From NCBI GenBank assembly GCA_965204745.1, contig OZ242010.1, positions 4,256,001-4,320,000 of the forward strand: a DNA stretch of 64,000 bases. Direction: 5' to 3'. Position numbers and translations under genes: made by a program. This DNA is from Candidatus Latescibacterota bacterium. GTDB taxonomy: Bacteria > Latescibacterota > UBA2968. Positions 22,717 to 33,700 of this stretch are shown here, piece after piece; within the stretch, counting starts at the first letter, position 1, and each line of letters begins with the position of its first letter. The notes beneath the pieces were generated by a model. That model made no database searches. It saw only the letters and a program-made list of their open reading frames with translations, and was not told the DNA's origin.

Positions 22717-24117
22717 TCACCGCATTTTGACGCTGGGAATCGCTGTGCCTTGGGCGGCGGCGATAGAGAGGCCGGCGGCTTTGGCAAGGGTCGCGGATAT
22801 GCTTTCTAGGCTTTGCCCGTCAAAGGATTGACCGCCGATGATTTGCGGGCTGACGATGAGTGCGCGGGCCGAGGGTTGGTCGAACAGCGCGAATGTCGCG
22901 CCGTTGCCATAACGCGCCATCGCGCTCATGGCATCGTGAAATTTGGAAATGGCGTCCGCAGACACATCGCTGGCTTTGATTTCCACAAACAGAATGTCGG
23001 GAAGTGCCGCATGCATGGCGGTTCGCGTGACCTGATCGATAAACGCGCTGCCGAGTTTGCGGCTTTCTTCATTGTCCATCAGCACGCCCGAGACCAACTT
23101 GCCGAATGCCTCGTCCTTGATGACCTTTTTGAGTTTGAGGGCTTCTGGCGTCAGTTTGGGTTTGACCATGCGGTCGATATACCGCTGTGACTTGCCCTGC
23201 TCGATGGCAGTGCCGAGTTCTTCTTCGATGATGGTTGCAATTTTTTGTAGGCTTGGGGCATTGACCGCAAAGGGGCTGTACTTGTCCCCATAGCCCTTGG
23301 CTTTGCTGGCCGTGGGCGGAATTTTCTTTTCCCCGGACTGGTAAAACGCGAGCGTGCGCGTGTGCGACCTGTCCTCGATGGCTTTGTTGTGGTATTCAAA
23401 CAGCGAAGGCGCGGCGAGGTTCTTGCCCTTGAGCGCGTTGGGCGATGCCGTTTGCACCGTCGCCATCCAATCGCGGGGATTGTCCGGATATGCCACTTGG
23501 TCGAACAACGCGCCCCTGTAAGTCAAATAGGCCGGGATATGCGACTCGGAGTCCGCGCCGGTAATCGCGACGATGACCAACCCCTTGGACAAACTCTGAT
23601 CCGCCAACACAAACGATTGAACCGCGCGCTCGATCAGCGCGTATTGCGCCGGTGTCAAATCCTCGACCGTGAGCGTGATGCGACTGCCCCTGCCGCGTCC
23701 GCCCTGCCCGCGTCGCCCCTGCCCGCCACCTTGGAGTCCCTGAAACTCGCGGATGACCGCGCCAAAAACCGCGTTAAATTCCGGGCGGGACGTATTGGGG
23801 ATTTTGCGAAAAAAGAGTTCGAGTTGTTGCTGCCGTACCGGAAACAGGTCGTCCCACTTTCTCGCCTGATCCAAAATGTACACCCGAATGGGCGCGGGCA
23901 TCTGATTGAGAATCTGCCCATGGGCTTCGAGGAGCTTTTGGGCATCCCACGGGAAATCCGCGTATTGCCCCCGTCTGCCGGCGCGCAAATCCCCACCACC
24001 GCCACCACCGCGTCCACCGCCGCCACGGCCGCCGCGCTGGGCGAAAACATCTGCCATATCCAAGGCGCACAATGTTGCGCCCATCAACACAATTGAAATC
24101 CATCTCGAAACTCGCAT
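22717..24117 (-). CDS. Hypothetical exported protein with RGG-rich segments
   Basis: 466 aa, signal peptide ending VFA-Q, two Gly/Arg-rich tracts; no family recognised. Confidence 0.75.
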   Translation of the reverse strand: MRVSRWISIVLMGATLCALDMADVFAQRGGRGGGGRGGGGGGDLRAGRRGQYADFPWDAQKLLEAHGQILNQMPAPIRVYILDQARKWDDLFPVRQQQLELFFRKIPNTSRPEFNAVFGAVIREFQGLQGGGQGRRGQGGRGRGSRITLTVEDLTPAQYALIERAVQSFVLADQSLSKGLVIVAITGADSESHIPAYLTYRGALFDQVAYPDNPRDWMATVQTASPNALKGKNLAAPSLFEYHNKAIEDRSHTRTLAFYQSGEKKIPPTASKAKGYGDKYSPFAVNAPSLQKIATIIEEELGTAIEQGKSQRYIDRMVKPKLTPEALKLKKVIKDEAFGKLVSGVLMDNEESRKLGSAFIDQVTRTAMHAALPDILFVEIKASDVSADAISKFHDAMSAMARYGNGATFALFDQPSARALIVSPQIIGGQSFDGQSLESISATLAKAAGLSIAAAQGTAIPSVKMR

Positions 24118-24171
24118 GTTGCCCCCCTCTTCAGTGGTGAGTCCGCGCCCATCAACCGCAGCCCTGCCGGT

Positions 24172-24957
24172 TCAAAGATTTTGATCGAGCCAGTCCAACA
24201 CATCTGCCCACGCGCTGCCCTGTGCGAGCAAATCGAGGCCGTGCCCCGTGCCCTGATAGCCGATCACAGCGGTGACGCCTTGGGTCAAGCCCGACATGGT
24301 TTGGGACGAGGTATAGGCATAGCCATCGCCAAAAGCCGCCAAAAAGAGAATGTTGCGCGGCGCGAACCCGGGTATGTTCGTCCCGATGAGCACTTCGCGC
24401 GCCTGATTCTCGCGGAAGGAGGGCGACACCGAGACCGTCGCTTTGATATCCGACACCAAGCCCGCGCTCACAAACGCGATGTCCGCGCCGATGTCCGTGC
24501 CCACGACGCCGATGCGGTTGGGGTCTGCCTCCGGGCGGGTTTTGAGAAATGCAACCGCAGCCTCGACATCTAACGGCATCTGGTTGAAGTCCTCGACGGA
24601 AAAGTTTTCGATAGTGAACGCTTGGCCGTTGCGAAAGATGCTGTTGCCATGCCCGCGCAGGTCAAACGCAAGGGCCACGTAGCCCCGCTCCACGACGAGT
24701 TCCGGCACAAAGCCCGCCCATTGACCGTGATTTTCATTAAACGGGTGGATCAAGATCACCGCAGGGCGCGGCCCGGTCAGGTGCGAAGCGGAAAACAGCG
24801 TGCCAAACAACGAGAATCCATCCGCGGTTTGAAACTGCACGGGTTGCAACCGCACAGAACGCACCACGGCGTCAGGCGACATTGTGGGCATCGTCATCTC
24901 CGTACCGCCACATCCCCCCAAAACTGCAACGAGCACAATCCATAACCCGAGGCGCAT
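24172..24957 (-). CDS. Alpha/beta hydrolase-fold lipoprotein
   Basis: Lipobox LGGC; VILIHP, FDLRGHGNS, RIGVVGTDIGA, GTGHG; start ATG 24957. Confidence 0.85.
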   Translation of the reverse strand: MRLGLWIVLVAVLGGCGGTEMTMPTMSPDAVVRSVRLQPVQFQTADGFSLFGTLFSASHLTGPRPAVILIHPFNENHGQWAGFVPELVVERGYVALAFDLRGHGNSIFRNGQAFTIENFSVEDFNQMPLDVEAAVAFLKTRPEADPNRIGVVGTDIGADIAFVSAGLVSDIKATVSVSPSFRENQAREVLIGTNIPGFAPRNILFLAAFGDGYAYTSSQTMSGLTQGVTAVIGYQGTGHGLDLLAQGSAWADVLDWLDQNL

Positions 24958-25068
24958 GACCAATGTCCTTTTGCTTTCGACTGCGTTTGTGTGTATGTTT
25001 CCCTCGATATATGGCAACATAATGCAATCTAACCGAAATAGCAAGCGGGGACGCCTGCGGAGGAGATT

Positions 25069-25245
25069 ATGCCGGAACTCACGCGCTACGATTTGATTTT
25101 GATGGTCATTACGGGCGGCATTTTTGTGGTGGGTCTGTGGTCCACCATCTTCGCCTTTCTCTATGGATTCTTGAAGCGGTTGGACAAGATCATCTCGCTC
25201 TTGGAACGAGAGGCGAGAGAAGCGACCACAGATGAACGCGAATGA
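25069..25245 (+). CDS. 58-aa single-TM small protein (below the ORF-track cutoff)
   Basis: GGAGGAG RBS, then MPELTRYDLILMVITGGIFVVGLWSTIFAFLYGFLKRLDKIISLLEREAREATTDERE*. Confidence 0.7.
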   Translation: MPELTRYDLILMVITGGIFVVGLWSTIFAFLYGFLKRLDKIISLLEREAREATTDERE

Positions 25246-25325
25246 CCGGACGGTTTAATCCGCGGAAAAAAAACCTTGCCATCGCGGGTCGGGCGAGCAC
25301 GGGAGGGGGCACTCACTTCTCGCAG

Positions 25326-26090
25326 TTACAGCAGGCGTTCGCGGTCGAGCATGCGGCGGAGGGCGAGGAAGATGCACAAGGCCCCCAACGCGACAATGCC
25401 CACGCGATTGAGGATGACGCGGTTCGTCCACAGGTTGGGATCGAGATTGGAGGGGGGTTCAAAGGGTTTGAGAAAGAGGTCGTAGGCCGAGTTGGTCAAC
25501 GTATTGCCACCTATTTCTACTTCCGATTCCGGCGAGGTCAAAAGCAAAATCGCGATCAAAATGCCCACGGCGATCATGCCCGCTGCATTGCTGCTGCGGC
25601 ACAGGACCGAAAAGAGGAATGTGAGGCCCACCATGAAAAACGCGGGGAACCAGGCATTGAGCCCGCCCCAAATGAAGGGGAACTCGGCAAAGAAAAAATA
25701 GGCGATGGCACTCATCGCCATCAGGGTGGCGAACAACACGGCGCAGATCGTCACGATCCGCACGGACCAGGTGGCGTAGTGGCTGATCGCGGTGCTGAAC
25801 AGAATTTCGAGGGTGTTCTTATCGCGCTCGCCCGCGACCATGTCCATCGTCAAATAGATCGCGAGCACCGTGCCCGGCACTTCGACCAAGACATTGAGGG
25901 CTTGCTCCACGGAAAATCCCTCGCCCGGGTACCAGAGCGCGAACGCGTACAAAATCGCGTAGTAGCTCAAAACGCCACCGCACATAAAAATCACTTTGCG
26001 GTGAAGCGCGATTTGCATGCTCAAGGCGTGCAATTTGCCGACCGAGAAAAGCAACTCACGCCAGGTCAGGTTGTTTGTGTCGGTTGCCAT
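25326..26090 (-). CDS. ABC-2-type permease
   Basis: About six TM segments; ERDKNTLEILFSTAI motif; start ATG 26090 overlaps the end of the RND-ABC fusion. Confidence 0.82.
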   Translation of the reverse strand: MATDTNNLTWRELLFSVGKLHALSMQIALHRKVIFMCGGVLSYYAILYAFALWYPGEGFSVEQALNVLVEVPGTVLAIYLTMDMVAGERDKNTLEILFSTAISHYATWSVRIVTICAVLFATLMAMSAIAYFFFAEFPFIWGGLNAWFPAFFMVGLTFLFSVLCRSSNAAGMIAVGILIAILLLTSPESEVEIGGNTLTNSAYDLFLKPFEPPSNLDPNLWTNRVILNRVGIVALGALCIFLALRRMLDRERLL

Positions 26091-29000
26091 GTCGCAAGAG
26101 GTAGAGGTACGCGTCTTCGAGATTGGGTTCGACCGCCCGCGCTTCGGGAAGCGGAGATGCGGCGAGAAAGCGCGCGCGAATCCCGCCCGGCACGCGCACA
26201 TGGGCAATCAGGTCCAAGTCGCGCTCTAGGGCGTCAAACCGCGATTCGCTCAACAGGGCTTCCCACACCCTGTCGCGGGCGAGTTCGCGCATCGCTAGCG
26301 GCGTGCCCGCGTAGAGGACTTTGCCTCGGTCGAGCACGGCCAAGCGGTTGCAACTGCCGGAAATATCTTCCACGATGTGCGTGGAAAAAATGATGATCTT
26401 CTCTTGGCTAAATCGCGCCAGCAAGTTTCTGAAGCGGATGCGTTCCAGTGGATCCAGGCCCGCTGTCGGCTCGTCCACCACGATCACCTGCGGCAGGTGC
26501 AACAGGGTTTGGGCGATGCCTACGCGCTGTTTCATGCCGCCGGAGAACGCGCCGATAGGGTCGTCTCGCCTGTCCCACAGGTTCACCTGTTCCAAGCACG
26601 CTTGGACGCGCTTGCGCCGTGCTACGGTGTCTTTGAAGCCCTGCAACAGGGCGCGGTATTCCAGATAATCGCCCGCGGACATGTGCGAGTACAGGCCGAA
26701 GTGCTGCGGCAAGTACCCGATCACGCCTCGCATGTTTTGGTGGTTGAGCGGGGTCTTGCCATTGACGAGCACGGAGCCGTAACTCGCGGACAACACCCGG
26801 CACGCGATCCGCATCAAGGTGGTCTTGCCCGCGCCATTGGGGCCCAAAAGCCCGAACATCCCGCGCGGAATATCCAAGCTCACGCCGCCGAGGGCGCAAA
26901 ACTGCGGCCGGGGAACCCCGATGATGGGCACGGCGGCTGCGCCGCGATACGCGATGCCCTTGAGAAAGCCCAATCGCCCCGGCATATTTTCCGGGTTGAC
27001 GCGCCCAGACGCGACTCGGTTTGCCAAGAACGCGGTCAGGTGGTAGAGGAGATAGACCGCCGCGCAGGCAATGGTCAATGACAGCAGGTTCAACCGCCAG
27101 TGGATAAAAGCCACAAAGGACAGCGGCAGGATTGCGCGGGCGAGTTTCAACAGAAATCGGTTTTTGAGCTGAACCCCGCACGTCGTTGCGAAACCGCGCG
27201 CGAGGTGATGGATGAGGCCGCACAGGCCGAGGGCGGTCAGAAAGATCCACATCCCCGCTTCAAAATAAGTCTCCAAATAGACGAGCAGGGCGAGCAAGGG
27301 CAATTTCCACCACAGGCTGTCCCGCTGATCGACGATCAACCGCGCGCCGCGTTGTTCGCGCCGCTTAAACCGATCCCATTCGCGCCTGAACTGCCCGGGC
27401 GCGCCGTAAATTTTCGTGAGGTTGCGGATTTGGAGATATTCCACGTCGCCAATTTGATCGCGGGCCGCGATGCGCGCGCGGTGAACGCGCTGTACCAGCC
27501 ACGCGCCGGTCATGCAGATGATCCACGCGGGCAGGGCCAAGAGGCAGGTCCAGAACAAACTCTGGTAATAATCGTCGACGAAATAGGTCGCCCCCGCGGC
27601 GACTGCGCTGCCCAAAGCAACGCCGACCCAGCCGATGTCTGCCAACCACGCCTTGACTTGGTCGATGCCCATATAGACCACGGGGATGAAAATCAGGGTG
27701 GAGACCATCGAAACCCCCATGCCGCCGAGCACGGTAATGGCGAACGGGGGCCAAATTTCGTAATCCCCGCCGAACTTGAGGGCCAGGGGCAACACGCCCA
27801 AAATGGTGGTGGCCGAGGTCATCAAGATGGGGCGCACGCGGGAGCGGGACGCGGCCAGCACAGCGCGTTCTCGCCTGAACCCGTGCCGGAAGCGCGAGGT
27901 GCTTATCGCGTCTATGAGCACGATGCCATTGTTGACGGCGATGCCGAGCAACACGATGAAGCCGAGGATTGCCATCGGCGCTTCTTGAGACGCGAGGCCC
28001 GTGCCGGACAAGATCAGCGCCCAGCAAGAGCCGATGATCGCCGTGGGCAAGGTGCAAAGGATGATGAGGGGCGCGGAGAGCGATTCGAACAGCGAGGCGA
28101 GGATCATGAAAATCAACAGCGCGGCAATGCCGATCATCCAGTAGTAGATCGTCTCTTCTTCGGCCTCGACGATTTCGATGGCGTAGCCGGTGGGCAACAC
28201 CATTTCGGCGACCACGTCTTGCACGTACGCCCGCGCCGCGTCCAACAGGGGTTGAGACGCCAAAATTTCGTCTGCAAACCGGTAGGACACGATCACGCGC
28301 CGAGATTGGTCGGTCCGCAAAATCATGCTGCGACCTTGGTCCCGACGCACATGCGAGACTTCGGACAGGGGCAAGTGCGTGCCGCCCGCGCCGAGGATCG
28401 GGGTTTGGCGCAAGCCCTCGATGCCGTCGCCCTCTTCTTCCGGATCTTCCACATTGCGAATTTCAATGGGGATTTCCGCGCCGTCCGGGGCGAGAAAGGA
28501 CACAGTGGCGCGCGCGCCGCGCGGGTTGGCGTCGCCCACGGCATTGAGCACGGTTCGCACTTGCAGGCGGCGGTCGAACATGATGGCCTCGTCCGGCAAG
28601 ACGTGGACTTCGGGCGCGCCGCGTTCCGCGTCGGGCTGGATGCTGTTGGGATCGATTTCCTCCACTTCTTCGAGGCGGAAGGCCAGGTCCTCGGCGATCA
28701 TCTGCAGCACGGTGAAATCGTACCCGCGAATCACAGCGGTTTCCGCGGGCGCGCCGCCTTCCAAATTGAACCCGCCGGAGGAGCGCGCGCGACTGCTGCC
28801 GCGAATGCCGCCGCCACCCCCGCCGCGGCCCCCGCCTCGGCCCGTGCGGGCAATCGGCTCGTAGCTCACTATGGCGTTTTCCGCGCCGCCAAACGCGTCG
28901 GTGTCCTCGAGCGTTTCCTTGATGAGATCGACCGAGATGCCGCCGCGGTCCGCCAGGGGCAAGAGCTCGACATTGATGGTGGCCTGCGTTTCCCGGATGC

Positions 29001-30765
29001 TGGTGACAAAGCGTTCGATGCCCTCGGCTTCGCGCACCGCGCTTTCCACCTCGCCGACCGCTGCGTCCAATGCCTCTAAGGTCGTGCCTTCGGGCATGCC
29101 GATGTAAATGGCGAACCGGTTTTGCTCTCGGCGGACGTCGCGTTGCAGCATGAAGATCAACGAGATGATGAGGGTGATGATGAGCGCGCCGGCGATGCCG
29201 AGGGAAACGCCGATGCGGTGGCGCAAGCCGGTTTTGAGGCAGATCGTGTACATCTCGATGAGCCTGCCGGTTTCGGTTGGCGGCCGAGATGCCAGGGACA
29301 GGGTTTTGGACGCAAGGGCCGGCACCAAGGTCAGGGCGACCAAGAGCGAGGCGAGCAGGGGGAAGGTCATGGACAAGGCGAGTTCGCGCAGCAGGTCTTG
29401 ATAATCGCTTTGGATGAAGACCACGGGCAAAAAGACCGTGACGGTTGTCGCGGTGGCCGCGAGCACGGCGCGGGCGACTTCGTCCGTGCCCAAGCGCGCG
29501 GCTTCGTTCGGGGATTTGCCCTGTTCGTAGTGCTTGAAGATGTTCTCCATGACCACGATGCCATTGTCGGTCAACATGCCCACGGCCAGGGCCAAGCCGC
29601 ACAGGGAGAGCACGTTCAGGCTGAGGTCCCACAGGTACATCAAGTTGAACGTGAGCAACAAGGAACAAGGGATGGCGAGGATGAGCACTGCGACAAAGCG
29701 CAGGTTTCGCAAGAACAAGAACAAAACAAAAAGCCCGAGCACGCCCCCCGCGCCCGCGGCTTGTTTGAGGGTGCTGAGGGCTCCGTCCATGATCTCGGCT
29801 TGGCTTTGCGCGATAGCGAGTTGGATGTTTTCCGGGGCGAGGTCCGCATTGACGCGGGCAATCGTGGTTGCGAGTTCTTCTGCGACTGCGATCAGGTTGG
29901 CCTCGTCGTCTTTTTGAATGCGGATGCCCACCGCGGGCTTGCCGTTGATGCGCTGGATGTCGGCGCGTTCCTGAAGGCCGTAGCGAATTTGCGCGATGTC
30001 GCCGAGGTGCAAGGGCAGTTCCGGTTTGATGACGAGTTGGCGGATTTGTACGAGGTCCGTGAATTGCCCGCGGATGCTGACCGCGTACACGCGTTCCCCG
30101 TCGTGAACCTCGCCGAGGTATTGCCTGCGCGTGTTGAACGCCTCGATGCGGTTGCGGACGTCTGACATGGAGAGTTGGTGCGCTTGCAACAGGGCGGGAT
30201 CCGCGATGATTTCGATGGCGGCGCGTTGTCCGCCGAGCACTTGTGCGTTGACCACGCCGTCGACCGCTTCGAGTTCCGGGCGGATTTTCTCTTCGGCAAA
30301 TTCGCGCAGCCAATTTATGTCGCCATCTGCCAAGACGTGAATTTGCATCACAGCGGCCGAGAGGTCGGACGAGTCAAAGCGCTGTACGTCGAGGCGCGTG
30401 CGCTCGGGCAACATCGGTTGGAGGCGCGTCAGCCGGCTTTCGAGTTGTAGCAACGCAAATTTCATGTCCGTATCCGGCGCGTACGCCACGCGCACGCCCC
30501 CGTTGTTTTCGCGGGAAAAGGATTCGAACGCCTCGATGCCCTCGAGTTTGCCGATTTCCTCTTCGATGGGCATGACCAATTCGCGCTCGACCTGTTCGGG
30601 CGAATAGCCCTGTTGCCTGGCCGTGACATAGACTTGGGGCGACACGTATTCCGGAAAAATCTGCACCGGCAATCGGTAGAGGGAGATCGCGCCCATGATG
30701 CCCAATGCCAAAAAAAACATGGCCGTGGTCACGGGCCTTCGCACGGCAAATCCCGCAAGGGTCAT
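26056..30765 (-). CDS. AcrB-family RND permease fused to extra TM helices and a C-terminal ABC ATPase
   Basis: RND motifs GMLTDNGIVVMENI, GIAVNNGIVLID, RVRPILMT; then GPNGAGKT, YLPQHFG, FSGGMKQR, VIVVDEPTAGLDP and STH in one 1569-aa frame. Confidence 0.93.
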   Translation of the reverse strand: MTLAGFAVRRPVTTAMFFLALGIMGAISLYRLPVQIFPEYVSPQVYVTARQQGYSPEQVERELVMPIEEEIGKLEGIEAFESFSRENNGGVRVAYAPDTDMKFALLQLESRLTRLQPMLPERTRLDVQRFDSSDLSAAVMQIHVLADGDINWLREFAEEKIRPELEAVDGVVNAQVLGGQRAAIEIIADPALLQAHQLSMSDVRNRIEAFNTRRQYLGEVHDGERVYAVSIRGQFTDLVQIRQLVIKPELPLHLGDIAQIRYGLQERADIQRINGKPAVGIRIQKDDEANLIAVAEELATTIARVNADLAPENIQLAIAQSQAEIMDGALSTLKQAAGAGGVLGLFVLFLFLRNLRFVAVLILAIPCSLLLTFNLMYLWDLSLNVLSLCGLALAVGMLTDNGIVVMENIFKHYEQGKSPNEAARLGTDEVARAVLAATATTVTVFLPVVFIQSDYQDLLRELALSMTFPLLASLLVALTLVPALASKTLSLASRPPTETGRLIEMYTICLKTGLRHRIGVSLGIAGALIITLIISLIFMLQRDVRREQNRFAIYIGMPEGTTLEALDAAVGEVESAVREAEGIERFVTSIRETQATINVELLPLADRGGISVDLIKETLEDTDAFGGAENAIVSYEPIARTGRGGGRGGGGGGIRGSSRARSSGGFNLEGGAPAETAVIRGYDFTVLQMIAEDLAFRLEEVEEIDPNSIQPDAERGAPEVHVLPDEAIMFDRRLQVRTVLNAVGDANPRGARATVSFLAPDGAEIPIEIRNVEDPEEEGDGIEGLRQTPILGAGGTHLPLSEVSHVRRDQGRSMILRTDQSRRVIVSYRFADEILASQPLLDAARAYVQDVVAEMVLPTGYAIEIVEAEEETIYYWMIGIAALLIFMILASLFESLSAPLIILCTLPTAIIGSCWALILSGTGLASQEAPMAILGFIVLLGIAVNNGIVLIDAISTSRFRHGFRRERAVLAASRSRVRPILMTSATTILGVLPLALKFGGDYEIWPPFAITVLGGMGVSMVSTLIFIPVVYMGIDQVKAWLADIGWVGVALGSAVAAGATYFVDDYYQSLFWTCLLALPAWIICMTGAWLVQRVHRARIAARDQIGDVEYLQIRNLTKIYGAPGQFRREWDRFKRREQRGARLIVDQRDSLWWKLPLLALLVYLETYFEAGMWIFLTALGLCGLIHHLARGFATTCGVQLKNRFLLKLARAILPLSFVAFIHWRLNLLSLTIACAAVYLLYHLTAFLANRVASGRVNPENMPGRLGFLKGIAYRGAAAVPIIGVPRPQFCALGGVSLDIPRGMFGLLGPNGAGKTTLMRIACRVLSASYGSVLVNGKTPLNHQNMRGVIGYLPQHFGLYSHMSAGDYLEYRALLQGFKDTVARRKRVQACLEQVNLWDRRDDPIGAFSGGMKQRVGIAQTLLHLPQVIVVDEPTAGLDPLERIRFRNLLARFSQEKIIIFSTHIVEDISGSCNRLAVLDRGKVLYAGTPLAMRELARDRVWEALLSESRFDALERDLDLIAHVRVPGGIRARFLAASPLPEARAVEPNLEDAYLYLLRHGNRHKQPDLA

Positions 30766-33700
30766 GGCGATTTCCCCCTGAGCCGGTCGATCATTTCGTA
30801 CATGGTGGGAATGATGAGCAGGGTCATCAAGGTGGAGGTGACCAAGCCGCCGATGACGGCGATGGCCATGGGCGCGCGCAATTTCGCGCCTTCGCCAAAG
30901 CCGAGGGCCATCGGCAACAGGGCGAGGATGGTGGTCGCGCTCGTCATCACGATGGGCCGAAGGCGATCCTGCCCGCCCTGCAACACGGCTTCCCGCAGGC
31001 CTAGGCCCTCGCGCCGGAGTTGGTTGATGCGATCCACGAGCACGATGGCGTCATTGACCGCGATGCCGCCGAGCATGATGATGCCGATGTAGGCCATCAC
31101 GCTGAGGGGTTCGCCCAAAAAATAGAAGGCGAAGACCACGCCCACGCCGGCCAAGGGCACGGAAAACATGACCGTGAACGGGTGGAGCACGGATTCAAAC
31201 AGGGAGGCCATGACCATGTACACGAGCGCGATAGAGAGGATCAGCGCGAATTTGAGGCTCGCAAAGGATTCCCTGCGCTCGCGCTCTTCCCCGCCGATGG
31301 CGATGCGATAGCCAGAGGGGATGGCCATGGTTTGGATCGCTGCGCGGATTTCTCCGATAGCCTCGCTCAACACGCGGCCCTCGGTCAAGTAGCCGGTGAC
31401 GCGGCCCACGCGCCGTTGGTTTTCCCGTAAAATTTCGCGCGGGCCTTCGATGATATTGAGGTCCGCGATATCGCCCAAGGTCAAGACCGCGCCCTCGGCG
31501 CCATCGATTCGGATGGTTTGCAGGGCGTTGAGGTCGATGTCGCGGTATTTGACGCGAATGTCGCGCGCGCGCTGGTCCTTGGACAATTCGCCTGCGACTT
31601 CGCCGGACAACTGCCGTTCCAAGGTGCGGCTGATGGTTTGCGTGGTCAGGCCAAAGGCGGACGCGACTTCGTCTCGGATAGCGAGATCGACTTCGGGTTG
31701 CCCGCCCTGAAAGCTGGTTCGCACATTGTACACCGCGGGCAGGGATTCCAGGCGCGCTTGGAGTTCTTTTGTGATGCGCGCCAAAATGTCGAGGTTTTCC
31801 CCAGACACCTCCACTTGAATGGGCGCGTCTCGTCCGGCCATGACGCCTTCGAGCGCGGTTTCGTGCAATTTGTACTTGACTTCGATATCGGGCAACGCGC
31901 TCAGTACGGGATCGAGATCGCGCACCAGTTCGCTCACATTGCGCGAGCGGTCCGAATGCAGCGCCACAGAGAGGGTTGCGCGGTTGGGGCCAGAGGGATC
32001 ATCCGCGCCGGAGATGCGCGCCGGGTCGAGGCCCACGCGTGCGTACACGTGCGAGATGTCGCGCCCGCCAATGGCTTCCACGATCTCTTTGGCGCGCAAG
32101 GCGAATCGGTCGCTCAGTTCCACGCGCGATCCCTCGGGCAAGGTGAGGTCGATTTGAAACAGCCCTTGGTCCTCGCGGGGGATAAATTCGGTTTGCACCG
32201 CGCGGGCGATGTACCCGGTCGCGCCGATCACCAGCGCGGCGACGCCGATCAGCGCGAGTTTGTGGTTCAACACGCCGTTGAGGAATCGGTAGTAAGCGCC
32301 CGAGCGCAGGGAGGTGTGACGCGCGGTTTTGATGCGGCGAAAAACGCGCGACGTCAGCATGGGGATGGTCGTCATGGCGACGACCAGGGATGACAGCAGG
32401 GAAAACGCGACGGTCCACGCCTGATCTTTGAAGAGTTCGCCGGCCAAGCCCTGCAAATAGACGATGGGCAAAAACACGGCCACGGTCGTCAGGGTGGAGG
32501 CCAAAATCGCCACGCCGACTTCGGTCGCGCCTCGGCTCGACGCGGTGCGTGCATCTTCCCCGGTTTCGAGGTGGCGATAGATGTTTTCGATGACCACGAT
32601 TGCATTGTCCACCAGCATGCCCGCGCCCAATGCCAAGCCGCCCAGGGTCATGATGTTCAGGGTCAGCCCCTCGAAGTACATGAGGGTAAAGGTCGCCAGC
32701 ACGGATATGGGAATCGCCAGGCCGATGACCAGGGTGACGGTCCAACTCCGCAGGGCGATCAGCAACACCAGAATCGCCAAGATCGCGCCGTGGATGGCCG
32801 AGGTTTCGACTTCGCCCACCGCTTCTTCCACGAATCGGGCTTGGTTTTCGACTGTGGTAAAGCGCAACCCGCCCAAGTCCGCCCGCATGTCGTCAATCGC
32901 GTCCAACACTTCGCGCACGACAGCGACCGTATTGCTGCCGGCCTCTTTGTAAATGGCGAGGCCCACGCACTCGCGGCCATCGAGGCGGGCGATGGTTTCG
33001 CGCTCTCGGTACACCAAATCGACCGTGCCCACATCGCGCACGCGCACCGGCACGCGGTCGCCGGACACCGCGCCGCCCGTGCCGCGCTTTTCGCCCACGA
33101 TGACCTCGCGCACGTCGTCGATGTCGTCCAAGCGGCCCAGGGCTTTGACCAGGTACGACTGCTGATTTTCTCGAAGCGTCCCCCCGGACACGTCTGCATT
33201 GGCTTGTCCGATGCGGTTGACGATGGCGTCGGGCGTGAGCCCAAAGGCTTCGAGCAAGTAGGGGTTGAGCAAAACGCGGACTTCTTTTTCCGCGCCGCCT
33301 TCCACTTCGGCAGAGGCCACGCCTTCGAGGGCTTCCAATTTGGGTTTGATCAGCAGATCGACCGTGCCCACGAGCGCGTCGAGTTCCGCGCCCTCTTCTG
33401 CGGTGATCGCGATTCGCATAACCGCGCGGGCGAGCGGGTCTTCGCGGTTCACGTTCACTTGCGACACGTCCTCATTTTGCGCGTATCGGCCCACCCTTTT
33501 TTGAATGTCGAGCAAGCCGAAATCCATGTCCGCATCCCACGCAAATTCCGCGACGACCACGCCTTGGCCCGAGCGCGTTATCGAATACACGCGCTTGACG
33601 CCCTGAATGGTGCTCACGTCTCGCTCGAGTCTGCGCGTGTAGCGTTCCTCGATTTCACGGGGGGATTTGCCCGGCGCGCTCAGGTCGATGGTGACCACGG

